A stretch of 64,000 bases of DNA from Cyanobacteriota bacterium. GTDB lineage: Bacteria; Cyanobacteriota; Cyanobacteriia; Thermostichales; Thermostichaceae. This document shows positions 40,959 through 50,670 of the stretch, in pieces (positions within the stretch are counted from its first letter, which is position 1; each line of letters starts with the position of its first letter). The translations under genes and the position numbers were made by a program. Under the pieces are notes generated by a model. That model was given only the letters and a program-made list of their open reading frames with translations, ran no database searches and had not been told where the DNA came from. Location: assembly GCA_033764955.1 (NCBI GenBank), contig JANRIL010000044.1:41944-105943 (forward strand), written 5' to 3'.

Positions 40959-43118
40959 CTAAAAAGTTGCTGGGGTACAGCCGGAGGGAGTAGCGGCGGC
41001 AAAGGTCGCTGGTGAGATAAAGGTGAGGGTGCCGCCGCCATTGGTGAAGGAGGTGCCGTTGTTATTGGTGGAGAGAGTGATCAAAGTAGGGGTAGTGCTC
41101 ACTCCGTCGGAAACTCGGAAGGTACTGCTGTCACTCTGGCGCAGTTCAAAGTCGGTTGTGCTAGTGCTGCCACCTTGATTCCCTTGGAACCATCCACAAA
41201 ACACCGAGGTGCGGCGGGAACGAGCTGCTAGACTGCCATTGCCACTCCCTGACGTATTGATGTTGCTAGTCAGAACGTTATCCTTTACCGTGGCATACAT
41301 CTCGCTAGTCGCATTAAAGTCAGGATTAGTGCGTAGACGGATCCCTTCTCCTAAAGTATTGCTAATAGTGTTATCACTGACAGACACCTCTAGCAAGCCT
41401 GTATCATCTGTCGCTAAATCAATGCCTCGATTGGCTTCAGAGAGAGTATTTTCATAAATCAGTACGTTGGCTTTAGCACTATTGGCTCCATCATTGGGGG
41501 GATCATCACGGTTAAGACTAACACTGATGCTATTAGCTCCAACACCTGTAACGGTATTCCGATAAATTTGCATCTCTTGAACTATCGAACTGCCACGTGG
41601 ACGGATATGAATGCCGTTGTCAACCGCTGCCGTAATTGTATTGTCATGCAGATTGCTAGTAGTGACTTCCGCCGTACCTAACAGTCCAAAACTTATCGAT
41701 TTGTCAGGCATATTAGTGATTGTGTTGTTGTGTAGGGTGATGGAGTCGAAAATAGCTCCTGTATCCCCGTTAATATCAATACCATCAGCGCCCCCAACCA
41801 CGATCCCATTATGGATAACGGTATTCTCTTGAATCAAGTATGTGCCGGATGCCGTACTACTACATGTGGTATAGCCAGAGAATGGCCGGCAGAGATTGAC
41901 TTCAACTCCATCAACTCGATAGTCGGTAAAGGGGGTAGTAGTTTCAATCAAGTTGCCAGCAATGATGGCGTTAATACTGCCGGCATTGTTTCTCACAAAA
42001 ATTCCTGCTTCTAGGTTCGTATCTGTGGTTTCCTGGCGAGTATCACTAACCCTATTATCAGTGATCGTAATATTTCCTGTGATATCACTGACGAAAATTC
42101 CTTCGCCCAAAGCACTAGTTACCCGATTATCTTGAATAGTAACGGTTTCACCATTCTGAAGACTAATTCCTCGTTTGGCATTATTGGTACTGATAGAACA
42201 GCGCACTGTATGTCCATTGCCCTGGAGAGCAATCCCATCTTGACTAAAGTTTTGGATCTGTAACCCTTGGATCATAAGATTATCTGCTGAACCTGATATA
42301 CCACTGGTCTTGCTTCCTGCACTAGAGCCATCAATGACAATCCCTAGGCTATCTGTGCTGCAATCAGATCCGGGTTGGCTCAACCCATCAACGGTTACAG
42401 AGGTAGTTAAGATGGGTAAGGGGGTGAGAACACTGATTATTTGGGGGGTTGATCCAGGGATATTGAAAGAAATAGTTGTCCCGGCTCCCGTAGCATTAGC
42501 CTGCTCCATAGCAGCTCGTAAACTGCATTCACCGAAAGAGGCGGTTTCACAAATGCCATCCGCTAAGTCAGCATCCGAGGCATCAGTAACGACATTCACA
42601 ACAAAAAACTCGTCGTCTTGGCAGGGAAAGTCCACAATATTATTAGGTTTTAGGTCATAAAGAAATTTTACCTCAGCCTTGATCATAGCCTCTGTTGGGC
42701 AGTTGATATTTTTGGGAGGCTCTCTCAGAATAGCGACCGCAAAAGCAATAGCGGCGTCAGTAGAATCAGCATCCTCATCCTCATCAAAATCACTGCTGCT
42801 TAATACCTGGGCATTATTACTACTGAGTTCAGCATCGGTCAGAATCAGACCAAAGCGAGAAAACACCTCCTTTTTAACTTGCTGATTGGTAGGGCTAGTA
42901 ATATTGTTGGGTGGCTCCTGTAAAACAGCGATCCCAAAGGCAATGGCGGCATCTGTTGAGTCAAAAGTTGCGGAGGATCCCTCAAACCAAACTTGGGTAG
43001 ATTGCGAGGGGTTTTGGTCTTGGGTGGTGGGCAATGAAGAAGTACAACCTAAGAGGGCTGAACACATAGCAGGTAGGAAGACCGACCAGCCCCAACGATT
43101 TGCTATGGATTTTGACAT
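40959..43118 (-). CDS. Lipoprotein with CSLREA-like motif and right-handed beta-helix repeats
   Basis: Lipobox LLGC; CSLRAA motif; many GI/N-T-I beta-helix turns; start set at MSKS. Confidence 0.8.
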   Translation of the reverse strand: MSKSIANRWGWSVFLPAMCSALLGCTSSLPTTQDQNPSQSTQVWFEGSSATFDSTDAAIAFGIAVLQEPPNNITSPTNQQVKKEVFSRFGLILTDAELSSNNAQVLSSSDFDEDEDADSTDAAIAFAVAILREPPKNINCPTEAMIKAEVKFLYDLKPNNIVDFPCQDDEFFVVNVVTDASDADLADGICETASFGECSLRAAMEQANATGAGTTISFNIPGSTPQIISVLTPLPILTTSVTVDGLSQPGSDCSTDSLGIVIDGSSAGSKTSGISGSADNLMIQGLQIQNFSQDGIALQGNGHTVRCSISTNNAKRGISLQNGETVTIQDNRVTSALGEGIFVSDITGNITITDNRVSDTRQETTDTNLEAGIFVRNNAGSINAIIAGNLIETTTPFTDYRVDGVEVNLCRPFSGYTTCSSTASGTYLIQENTVIHNGIVVGGADGIDINGDTGAIFDSITLHNNTITNMPDKSISFGLLGTAEVTTSNLHDNTITAAVDNGIHIRPRGSSIVQEMQIYRNTVTGVGANSISVSLNRDDPPNDGANSAKANVLIYENTLSEANRGIDLATDDTGLLEVSVSDNTISNTLGEGIRLRTNPDFNATSEMYATVKDNVLTSNINTSGSGNGSLAARSRRTSVFCGWFQGNQGGSTSTTDFELRQSDSSTFRVSDGVSTTPTLITLSTNNNGTSFTNGGGTLTFISPATFAAATPSGCTPATF

Positions 43119-43319
43119 AAAAAAAGCTGCTCCTGCCGAGGTTATTTGAGGAAATCTCAGGTTTTGAATGATTAGGGATCCGCTACTCGAATACCTTACG
43201 ACGAGGATCAAGTTCTTCAGGTTATCAACAGGTTGTCTTTTAGCGAAGGATGGATATGGTTCTTCGTGAACTCGTTGAGGGTCATGCCGATGTTCCCTAA
43301 TTGGGATCCTCAGGAAACG

Positions 43320-43362
43320 GTAGTCTGTAACACGGTTTCTTCTGAAAGGGTTTGGTTATAGT
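43320..43362 (+). promoter_or_regulatory. Putative NtcA-activated promoter
   Basis: GTA-N8-CAC (one mismatch to GTA-N8-TAC), 23 nt, then TATAGT. Confidence 0.55.
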
Positions 43363-43383
43363 TTGGGACAACAAAATAAAGCA

Positions 43384-43573
43384 GGCTTCTAGGGTTCCGG
43401 TTAAGCGACTTCACCTACCTAATTCTGGGGATGGCAAGTTAACTTAATGTCTGGGTCGAGAGAAGCAGCCACAACTCTAGATAACCTCTAGGTAAGGGCA
43501 ACCCGTAAAGACAGCCGTCGATATGTCTGGTTACTTTTACGTGTGGTGACACGGCGGGATAAAAGCCCGGGAG
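43384..43573 (+). ncRNA. Guanidine-I (ykkC/yxkD) riboswitch aptamer
   Basis: GCTTCTAGGGTTCCG...GGTCGAGAGAAGC P1; ACACGGCGGGATAAAAGCCCGGGAG P3; upstream of guanidine hydrolase. Confidence 0.92.
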
Positions 43574-43607
43574 AGCAAGCCTTGAAAGGTTGTGCTTTCC
43601 TGGGCTT
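43563..43607 (+). terminator. Riboswitch expression-platform hairpin
   Basis: AAGCCCGGGAGAGCA...TGCTTTCCTGGGCTT overlaps P3; weak U-tract (CAGTATTT). Confidence 0.65.
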
Positions 43608-43672
43608 CAGTATTTGAAGACTAGGCTCAAGCCAGCAACCCATCCACACTCTGTTGTTTCTGACTGACTCCT

Positions 43673-44860
43673 ATGTCGATGACTTCCGATTTTTCTTCCC
43701 CTTCCCCTCGCGCATCCCGTGAAGCAGAGCAAGCACTAGCCGCTGAAAGTCGGATCCCGTTAACGGGGTGGCAGCAGGAGGTGGATCGCGGATTGGCGCT
43801 GGGGTTAGAGGCGGCTGAGAGCATCAATGATCGCTCCATTCCCACTTTTTCACGCGGAGAATTGCCTCATTTTGCGGGCATCAATACCTTTCTGAAGGCT
43901 CCCTATTGTGAAGATGTGCGACAGGTGGGCAATTATGATGTAGCCGTCGTCGGGATCCCCCATGATTCCGGTACTACCTATCGACCGGGTACCCGTTTTG
44001 GCCCCCAAGGGATCCGCCGTATTTCTGCTCTCTACACCCCCTATAATTTTGAATTTGGAGTGGATTTAAGGGAGTCGATTACCCTCTGTGATGTAGGGGA
44101 TGTTTTTACGATTCCTGCAAACAATGAGAAATCATTCGATCAAATTTCTAAGGGAGTTGCTCATATTTTTGGATCGGGAGCCTTCCCGATTATCTTGGGG
44201 GGGGATCACTCTATTGGATTTCCCACTGTGCGTGGGGTCTGTCGCCATTTGGGGGATAAAAAGGTAGGCATTATTCACTTTGATCGGCATGTCGATACTC
44301 AAGAGACCGATTTGGATGAACGGATGCATACCTGCCCCTGGTTTCATGCCACCAATATTAAGAATGCTCCTGCTCAGAACTTGGTGCAATTGGGAATTGG
44401 TGGTTGGCAGGTTCCCCGTCAAGGGGTAAAGGTTTGCCGAGAGCGAGCCAGCAATATTTTGACGGTTACCGATATCACCGACATGGGGCTGGATGCAGCG
44501 GCTGATTTCGCTCTAGAACGAGCGATGGATGGTACGGATTGTGTCTACATTAGCTTTGATATTGATTGTATTGATGCCGGATTTGTGCCAGGGACAGGGT
44601 GGCCGGAACCGGGGGGACTGATGCCAAGAGAAGCTCTCTATTTGCTGAAAAAGATAGTCAGACATGCACCCGTTTGTGGTTTGGAGATAGTTGAGGTTTC
44701 TCCTCCTTATGACATCAGTGATATTACGTCTTTGATGGCAACCCGTGTTATTTGTGACACCTTAGCCCATTTAGTTATTTCCGGTCAGCTACCCCGTTCA
44801 TCAAAGCCAAGTTTTATTTACCCCGAGGCTCCCCCTGAAATGACTGGGGAATGGAGGTAG
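43673..44860 (+). CDS. gdmH: Ni-dependent guanidine hydrolase (ureohydrolase family)
   Basis: GGDHS, HFDRHVD, ERMHTCPW, SFDIDC, GTGWPEPGG; riboswitch and hypA/hypB context. Confidence 0.9.
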   Translation: MSMTSDFSSPSPRASREAEQALAAESRIPLTGWQQEVDRGLALGLEAAESINDRSIPTFSRGELPHFAGINTFLKAPYCEDVRQVGNYDVAVVGIPHDSGTTYRPGTRFGPQGIRRISALYTPYNFEFGVDLRESITLCDVGDVFTIPANNEKSFDQISKGVAHIFGSGAFPIILGGDHSIGFPTVRGVCRHLGDKKVGIIHFDRHVDTQETDLDERMHTCPWFHATNIKNAPAQNLVQLGIGGWQVPRQGVKVCRERASNILTVTDITDMGLDAAADFALERAMDGTDCVYISFDIDCIDAGFVPGTGWPEPGGLMPREALYLLKKIVRHAPVCGLEIVEVSPPYDISDITSLMATRVICDTLAHLVISGQLPRSSKPSFIYPEAPPEMTGEWR

Positions 44861-44865
44861 GGTTT

Positions 44866-45252
44866 ATGCATGAAACCGATATGACTCGCGCCTTGATCGT
44901 AACCGTAAAAGACTGGATGGAAGCACAATCCCAACCCATTCGGATTACCCATGTTCACCTAATCGTGGGACAGTTTACCTGTGTAGAGCCTGTCAGCCTT
45001 CAATTTAGTTATTACCATCAAACTATCGGCACCTTTTTAGAGGGATCCCAATTGGTTATTCAAGAGGTTCCTCTTGTGGCCTTTTGTCATCCGTGCCAGC
45101 AAACCTATCTACCTCAAATCGGATCCCGCTATGCTTGTCCAAGTTGTGGGAGTGCAATGGAAGATATCCGATCGGGACGAGAGCTAAAAATTGATCGGAT
45201 TGAATATCAGCCTAATCAGCCATTAGAGGTTATCTATGCATCAAACTTTTGA
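44866..45252 (+). CDS. hypA: Nickel metallochaperone HypA (GhaA role)
   Basis: MHE N-terminus at ATG 44866; CHPC and CPSC; SGREL. Confidence 0.93.
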   Translation: MHETDMTRALIVTVKDWMEAQSQPIRITHVHLIVGQFTCVEPVSLQFSYYHQTIGTFLEGSQLVIQEVPLVAFCHPCQQTYLPQIGSRYACPSCGSAMEDIRSGRELKIDRIEYQPNQPLEVIYASNF

Positions 45253-45943
45253 AGCCGCGATCGGATCGAATCTACTCCATGCTAATCAACATTTAGCCGC
45301 TCATAATCGGGCTAATTTTGATGCCTGGGAACTCATTTGTTTGAACCTAATGAGTGGTCCTGGAGCTGGTAAAACTTCTCTTTTAGAACGGACATTGGCA
45401 GAATTAGTCGGTACCCTTGATGTTGCTGTCATTGAGGGAGATATGACTACACAATTGGATGCCGAACGTCTACGAAAATATGGATTTCCTGTGATTGCTA
45501 TTAATACGGGACGAGCCTGTCACCTGGATGCAAAAATGGTAGCAGGTGGGTTAGTTCAACTGCAAAATTATGCTGACCCTAAACTGATTGATTTGTTGCT
45601 GGTTGAAAATGTTGGTAATCTGGTTTGCCCTGCTGAGTTTGAGGTGGGAGAACATGCCAAAGTGGCTTTGTTAAGTATCACAGAAGGCGAGGATAAACCC
45701 CTGAAATATCCGATTATGTTTCAAGCCGCTGACTGTGTATTGATCACCAAAATTGACTTGGCTCCCTATCTAGAAATTGATTTGGAACGGATAAAGTCTC
45801 ACATTCAAGAAGTTAATCCTCACGTTCCAATTATTCAAGTTTCATCCCGTAGCGGAGTTGGTTTGGAAGACTGGTTAGATTGGATTTTATACAAAATTAC
45901 TAGTCGATCCCAGCTATCTACTTTTGCCCAAGTCGCTTGCTAA
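45236..45943 (+). CDS. hypB: Nickel-insertion GTPase HypB (GhaB role)
   Basis: [37 protein letters not shown]. Confidence 0.95.
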   Translation: MHQTFEAAIGSNLLHANQHLAAHNRANFDAWELICLNLMSGPGAGKTSLLERTLAELVGTLDVAVIEGDMTTQLDAERLRKYGFPVIAINTGRACHLDAKMVAGGLVQLQNYADPKLIDLLLVENVGNLVCPAEFEVGEHAKVALLSITEGEDKPLKYPIMFQAADCVLITKIDLAPYLEIDLERIKSHIQEVNPHVPIIQVSSRSGVGLEDWLDWILYKITSRSQLSTFAQVAC

Positions 45944-45970
45944 GTATTACTGATTTTTGGAGGAAAGAAT

Positions 45971-46993
45971 ATGAACCTTAGGTATGGAATGAAACGCTGG
46001 ATCCCTTGGCTGCTAACCTGTACATGTGGAATGGCAATGTTACTTCTCCTTTGGAGTGGGGGAGTTTCTCAAGCTGCTGATCCGATTGTGATTGGTTATA
46101 GTAATTGGGCTGGCTGGTGGCCTTGGGCAATTGCTGAAGAAGAGAAACTTTTTGAGAAGAATGGAGCCAATGTGGAGATGCGTTGGTTTGATGGCTATCT
46201 TGCTTCTATGGAAGCTTTTGCCGCAGGCCAACTGGATGGGAATTGCCAGACGCTCAACGATACCATTTCTTTTGCCGCTGATGCAGTTAATGGAGAAGTC
46301 GTTGTTTTGGTCAATGATAATTCAGCCGGAAATGACAAGATTATTGTGGCTGAAGGAATCAACACAATTCAAGATCTAAAGGGCAAAAAAGTTGCCGTGG
46401 AAGAAGGGGTTGTGGATGATTTCTTGCTCTCATTAGGGCTGCAAAAGGCTGGTATGACTCGTAGTGATGTAGAAATTGTTCCCTTGGAAACTGGAGCAGC
46501 GGCGGCGGCTTTTGTTGCGGGTCAAGTGGATGCGGTTGGAGCTTTCCCGCCTTTTTGGGCTACAGCTTTGGAGCGAGAAGGTAGCAAAGAGCTGTTTTCT
46601 TCGGCTGAATTTCCGGGAGCGATCCCCGATTTACTGGTGGTTAGTCAAAAGCTGATTGATGAACAGCCCGAACAAGTTCAGGCTCTAATCAAAACTTGGT
46701 TTGATACGTTGCAGTTCATGAAGGATAATCCTGAAAAATCAGATCAAATCATGGCTAAGCGAGCTGGAGTTACTCCTGAAGAATTGAAGTTATTTAAGGA
46801 TGGAACTCGCTTTTTTTCTGTGCAAGATAATCTGGAGGCATTTAGCCCTGGAGATAATATGAAGCACATGCCTTATGCTGCTCAAGTCATGACAGATTTT
46901 ATGGTGAGTGTTGGATTCATTGAAAAGGGTCCGGATCTGAGCAAAATTTTTAATGACACCTTTATCAAAGCCTATGCAGAAAGCCTACCATAA
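45971..46993 (+). CDS. ABC transporter substrate-binding protein (probable guanidine importer)
   Basis: Signal peptide; SNWAGWWPW, NDNSAGND; operon context. Confidence 0.88.
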   Translation: MNLRYGMKRWIPWLLTCTCGMAMLLLLWSGGVSQAADPIVIGYSNWAGWWPWAIAEEEKLFEKNGANVEMRWFDGYLASMEAFAAGQLDGNCQTLNDTISFAADAVNGEVVVLVNDNSAGNDKIIVAEGINTIQDLKGKKVAVEEGVVDDFLLSLGLQKAGMTRSDVEIVPLETGAAAAAFVAGQVDAVGAFPPFWATALEREGSKELFSSAEFPGAIPDLLVVSQKLIDEQPEQVQALIKTWFDTLQFMKDNPEKSDQIMAKRAGVTPEELKLFKDGTRFFSVQDNLEAFSPGDNMKHMPYAAQVMTDFMVSVGFIEKGPDLSKIFNDTFIKAYAESLP

Positions 46994-47043
46994 TAATAGT
47001 CAGTGAGCAGGACAAAAGGATGATATTAAGAGGATCCTAACCG

Positions 47044-47871
47044 ATGAAAAATGCCACTCAAGCCTCTCCCGGTCATCAGCAAACCTTAAGTCCTACGGTT
47101 TTCTGGCGAATTGCCGAAGATATTCCAAAATCACTCCAGATTACGCTAAGCATTCTTTCTGTTTGTTTGCCATTTTTGGTATGGTTTGTAATTTCTTTGA
47201 TGGTGAACTCTAAGTTTTTACCTTCTCCCTGGCAAGTGGTTTTGGCATTGGGTAATCTCTGGGAGTCGGGTTACCTACTTAAAGATACATTCATGAGCTG
47301 TTTGAGGGTGGGCTTAGGCTTCCTTTTGGCGGCTATGGTTGCTATTCCGATTGGATTAGCTATGGGATCCTTTGCCAGCATCCGTGCTCTTTTAGAGCCA
47401 ATGGTGGGGATATTTCGCTATATGCCAGCACCCGCCTTTATTCCTTTATTGATTATTTATCTAGGGTTGGATGAAACGCCTAAAATTACCCTGATTTTTA
47501 TTGGCACAGTCTTCTTTAATGTTCTGATGATTATGGATGCCGTTAAATTTGTTCCCAAAGATCTGATTGAGGCAACCTATACTCTGGGCGGAAAACGATC
47601 TCAGGTGCTTTTCCAGGTAATTACTCCGCATGTCATTCCCAGCATTTTAGATACCCTGCGGGTGAATATGGCAACATCCTGGAGTTTGGTGATGGTGGCT
47701 GAGCTAGTAGCGGCTAATGAAGGGTTGGGAAAACGAATTCAGTTAGCTCAGCGATTCTTCAAGACGGATGAAATTTTTGCCTGTTTGATTGTTTTGGGTT
47801 TGATTGGTTTTTTATTGGATGTTGGTCTGCAAGCCATGCTTCGTCTCACTTGCAGGTGGGCGGTGGACTAA
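47044..47871 (+). CDS. ABC transporter permease (NitT/TauT family)
   Basis: FLPSP, RYMPAPAFIPL, EATYTLG, VAEL. Confidence 0.9.
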   Translation: MKNATQASPGHQQTLSPTVFWRIAEDIPKSLQITLSILSVCLPFLVWFVISLMVNSKFLPSPWQVVLALGNLWESGYLLKDTFMSCLRVGLGFLLAAMVAIPIGLAMGSFASIRALLEPMVGIFRYMPAPAFIPLLIIYLGLDETPKITLIFIGTVFFNVLMIMDAVKFVPKDLIEATYTLGGKRSQVLFQVITPHVIPSILDTLRVNMATSWSLVMVAELVAANEGLGKRIQLAQRFFKTDEIFACLIVLGLIGFLLDVGLQAMLRLTCRWAVD

Positions 47872-47968
47872 CTGAACTTCGATTCTAAGTCAAAAAAACT
47901 AAAGTTAATAGGTAGAAAAAATCAATGACAGACAAGCTTGCTTGATAACACTATCTGGAATTTTGATT

Positions 47969-48748
47969 ATGCATTTAGAAGTTATTCACTTATATAAGCA
48001 ATTTTTAACCCGTCAAGGGTCAATGGTGGTGCTAGAAGACATTAACCTGCATGTGGAAACTGGAGAATTCGTCTGTGTGGTGGGAGCTTCTGGTTCTGGC
48101 AAAACCACATTGTTGAGGATCATGGCTGGACTGGAGCTACCTAGTAGTGGTCACGTCATAGTGGATGGGGAAAAAGTATTTGGTCCTGGCTCCGATCGAG
48201 GGGTTGTTTTTCAAGCCTACACTCTTTATCCCTGGATGACGGTCGCGGATAATGTTGGGTTTGGTCTCAAGCTACAAGGGATCCCTCGTGCAGAACGGCA
48301 ACATCAAGTGGCTTATTATCTGGAGGTCGTTGGCCTAGCTCCTTTCGCGAAATCATTGCCGAAAGAGCTATCTGGCGGCATGAAACAACGAGTTGCTATT
48401 GCCCGTGCCCTAGCCGCTCAACCCAAAATCCTGTTGTTAGATGAGCCGTTTGGAGCACTTGATATTCAAACCAAAATGAATATGCAAGAATTTTTACTGG
48501 ATCTTTGGCAACGAACTGGCACCAGTATTTTTATGATTACTCATGATGTAGAAGAGGCCGTTTATTTGGCTCAACGAATTTATGTTTTAGGTGCTTGTCC
48601 TGGCAAGGTCAAACAAGAGATAAAACTAGACTTTCCCGTACAACGGGACTATCAGCTCAAGCGTTCTCATAAATTTCAAGACTACAAAGATCAAATTATG
48701 GATTTGTTGCGCGGGATCCCTCAACAGCAGGTATCCTCCCCTGGTTAA
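47969..48748 (+). CDS. ABC transporter ATP-binding protein (NitT/TauT family)
   Basis: GASGSGKT, LSGGMKQR, DEPFGALD; ATG 47969. Confidence 0.92.
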   Translation: MHLEVIHLYKQFLTRQGSMVVLEDINLHVETGEFVCVVGASGSGKTTLLRIMAGLELPSSGHVIVDGEKVFGPGSDRGVVFQAYTLYPWMTVADNVGFGLKLQGIPRAERQHQVAYYLEVVGLAPFAKSLPKELSGGMKQRVAIARALAAQPKILLLDEPFGALDIQTKMNMQEFLLDLWQRTGTSIFMITHDVEEAVYLAQRIYVLGACPGKVKQEIKLDFPVQRDYQLKRSHKFQDYKDQIMDLLRGIPQQQVSSPG

Positions 48749-48790
48749 CAAGCTTAGGGATCCCTGACGTGCTGAAGGCGATGTTCAGTA

Positions 48791-49279
48791 GTGGTGTTAG
48801 ACTCATTTCACAAAATGCACCATTCTTCTATGAAAGCTCCTGACTCTCAACCAACCATTCAACTGACTGAAGTCTCCAAGGCTGTCGCTGCTCTGGGTAT
48901 TGGTGCTACCGCCGGAGCTGGAGCATCAGCCCTCGTAGGCGGTATGGGTTTGGTGGTTGCGGGCACAGCAGTGGGTATTGGCATGGCTCCAGTGGCCGCA
49001 GCGGGCGCTGTGGTTGGTACAGCCATGTATGGGGTGAAGACCGCTATTGCACAGAAAGATGTCAATGCTTGGGGAGCTGCTACCCTGGGATTGGGAGCCG
49101 GAGCAGGGCTTTCAGCAGTTGTGGGAGGCATGGGTTTAGCCGTTGCAGGTACAGCCGTTGCGGTCACTATGGCTCCGGTTGCTGCTGCTGGAGCGGTAGT
49201 CGGGCTGGCAGGGTATGGAGTTTCTAAGCTTTTTCAGAAGGAAAAGCATGAAAGCCAAGGTAACTCATATAATAACTAA
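48791..49279 (+). CDS. Gly/Ala-rich (glycine-zipper) membrane protein with two ~50-aa repeats
   Basis: GAGASALVGGMGLVVAGTAVGIGMAPVAAAGAVVG / GAGLSAVVGGMGLAVAGTAVAVTMAPVAAAGAVVG; start uncertain. Confidence 0.7.
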   Translation: MVLDSFHKMHHSSMKAPDSQPTIQLTEVSKAVAALGIGATAGAGASALVGGMGLVVAGTAVGIGMAPVAAAGAVVGTAMYGVKTAIAQKDVNAWGAATLGLGAGAGLSAVVGGMGLAVAGTAVAVTMAPVAAAGAVVGLAGYGVSKLFQKEKHESQGNSYNN

Positions 49280-49294
49280 GCATGATACCTAAAA

Positions 49295-49711
49295 ATGGCA
49301 ACTAAAAAGAAAGAAAAGCCTCATTTTTTGCAACAAGTTGTGAGAGCAGCTATTCGAGGTGGTATTCGACAGATCAACCAACAGATCAATGAAATTATTG
49401 CTGATCCCCAGATCAGCACCCCTGTTCAAGGGAGTGAGGCGTGGTATCGAGACAAGTTGGCAAAAAAGCTGAAAGGACAGGTTGAGGTTGTTACCCCATC
49501 TGGCAGGATAGATATTCTTACGGATCGGGAAGTGATTGAAGTAAAAAAAGCTAGTAATTGGAAGGCAGCTATCGGTCAAATCCTTGTTTATGGAAGAAAT
49601 TACCCTAACCATAAAAAGAGGATTCACTTATTCGGTGAATTAACAAAAAATGATCTGAAAAAAATAAAAGAAGAATGTAACGCATTTGGAATCCTCCTCA
49701 CTTGGGAGTAA
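49295..49711 (+). CDS. Small PD-(D/E)xK nuclease-like protein
   Basis: E...GRIDIL....IEVK....AIGQILVY (QxxxY) motif. Confidence 0.7.
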   Translation: MATKKKEKPHFLQQVVRAAIRGGIRQINQQINEIIADPQISTPVQGSEAWYRDKLAKKLKGQVEVVTPSGRIDILTDREVIEVKKASNWKAAIGQILVYGRNYPNHKKRIHLFGELTKNDLKKIKEECNAFGILLTWE

Positions 49712-49747
49712 TTCAATAGAATCTACTATCTCAAAAATCAGTCAATC

Positions 49748-50548
49748 ATGAGAAACTTCCATTTCCATATTGTGGCTGCCATGAGCTGTATTTTGCTGAA
49801 TTCAACTGCTCAAGCAACTCCATCAAGTGCTGAATGGATCCGAATTAATCTTGAATTAGATTCTCTAGAACCTCAAGCAGGCAATCCAAAAAAATATTCT
49901 CATGACATGCAAAAATTTAATGCTTTCTGTGCCAAACAGATAGAGGATTATCTGATTGATGGTGGAGATATTCACACTAAGACTAAAGATGCATTAACTC
50001 CATTGCACAAGGCAGTGGATTGTCGCTCATTCTCCATGGTAGAGACGCTGCTACAAATGGGTGCAGATATTAATGCACTAGATCATTATCAGAAGCCTCC
50101 TCTAACTTTGTAGATGGAGATTGTAGATGGAGATAGGAAATTCTCTGAAAGAATGGCGGCCTACTTAATCGCTAACGGATCAAAGTTTGATTTTTATGGA
50201 GACGATCAATCCCTACTACATGTGGCTGTGAGTTGCCAGCAAGAGCAAACTGTTAGACAGCTTCTAGAACTGGGGATCCTAGCTAATATCCGAGACTACC
50301 GAGGAGCGACCCCACTTCATCATTTTCCTAAAAATTTAGTCCTCTCACCCCTAAACTCAACTCAGTACGAAGCTATCGTTAGGAGCCTAGTGGATGCAGG
50401 TGCCGATATTCATGCTCATGATAACGATGGATTAACTCCTCTGGCTACCTTGCTTCAAGCTATGGAGGTGTCCTATTTCACTGCCGAGGACAAACAGAGC
50501 TTTGGAAAAATGATGGATATCTTGAAAAAATATGGGGCTACTCAGTAA
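49748..50548 (+). pseudogene. Secreted ankyrin-repeat protein split by an in-frame TAG
   Basis: Signal peptide; TPLHKA, GADIN, SLLHVA, TPLH repeats; TAG at 50111-50113 falls within a repeat and is followed directly by in-frame ATG. Confidence 0.7.
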
Positions 50549-50670
50549 AGCTAAGTCCTTTTGGGTGGGTCAACAAGCTCACGATTCCTCCAGCTCGAAC
50601 CGATTATAGCCATCAGCTAAGTATCTGGCTTGGCACGGTTTGATTGTTCAGAAGGTTGTCCTAAAAGGGG

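Noticed and set aside
44866..45943. hypA/hypB as evidence of a hydrogenase
   Set aside because: No hydrogenase genes nearby; context indicates nickel delivery to guanidine hydrolase
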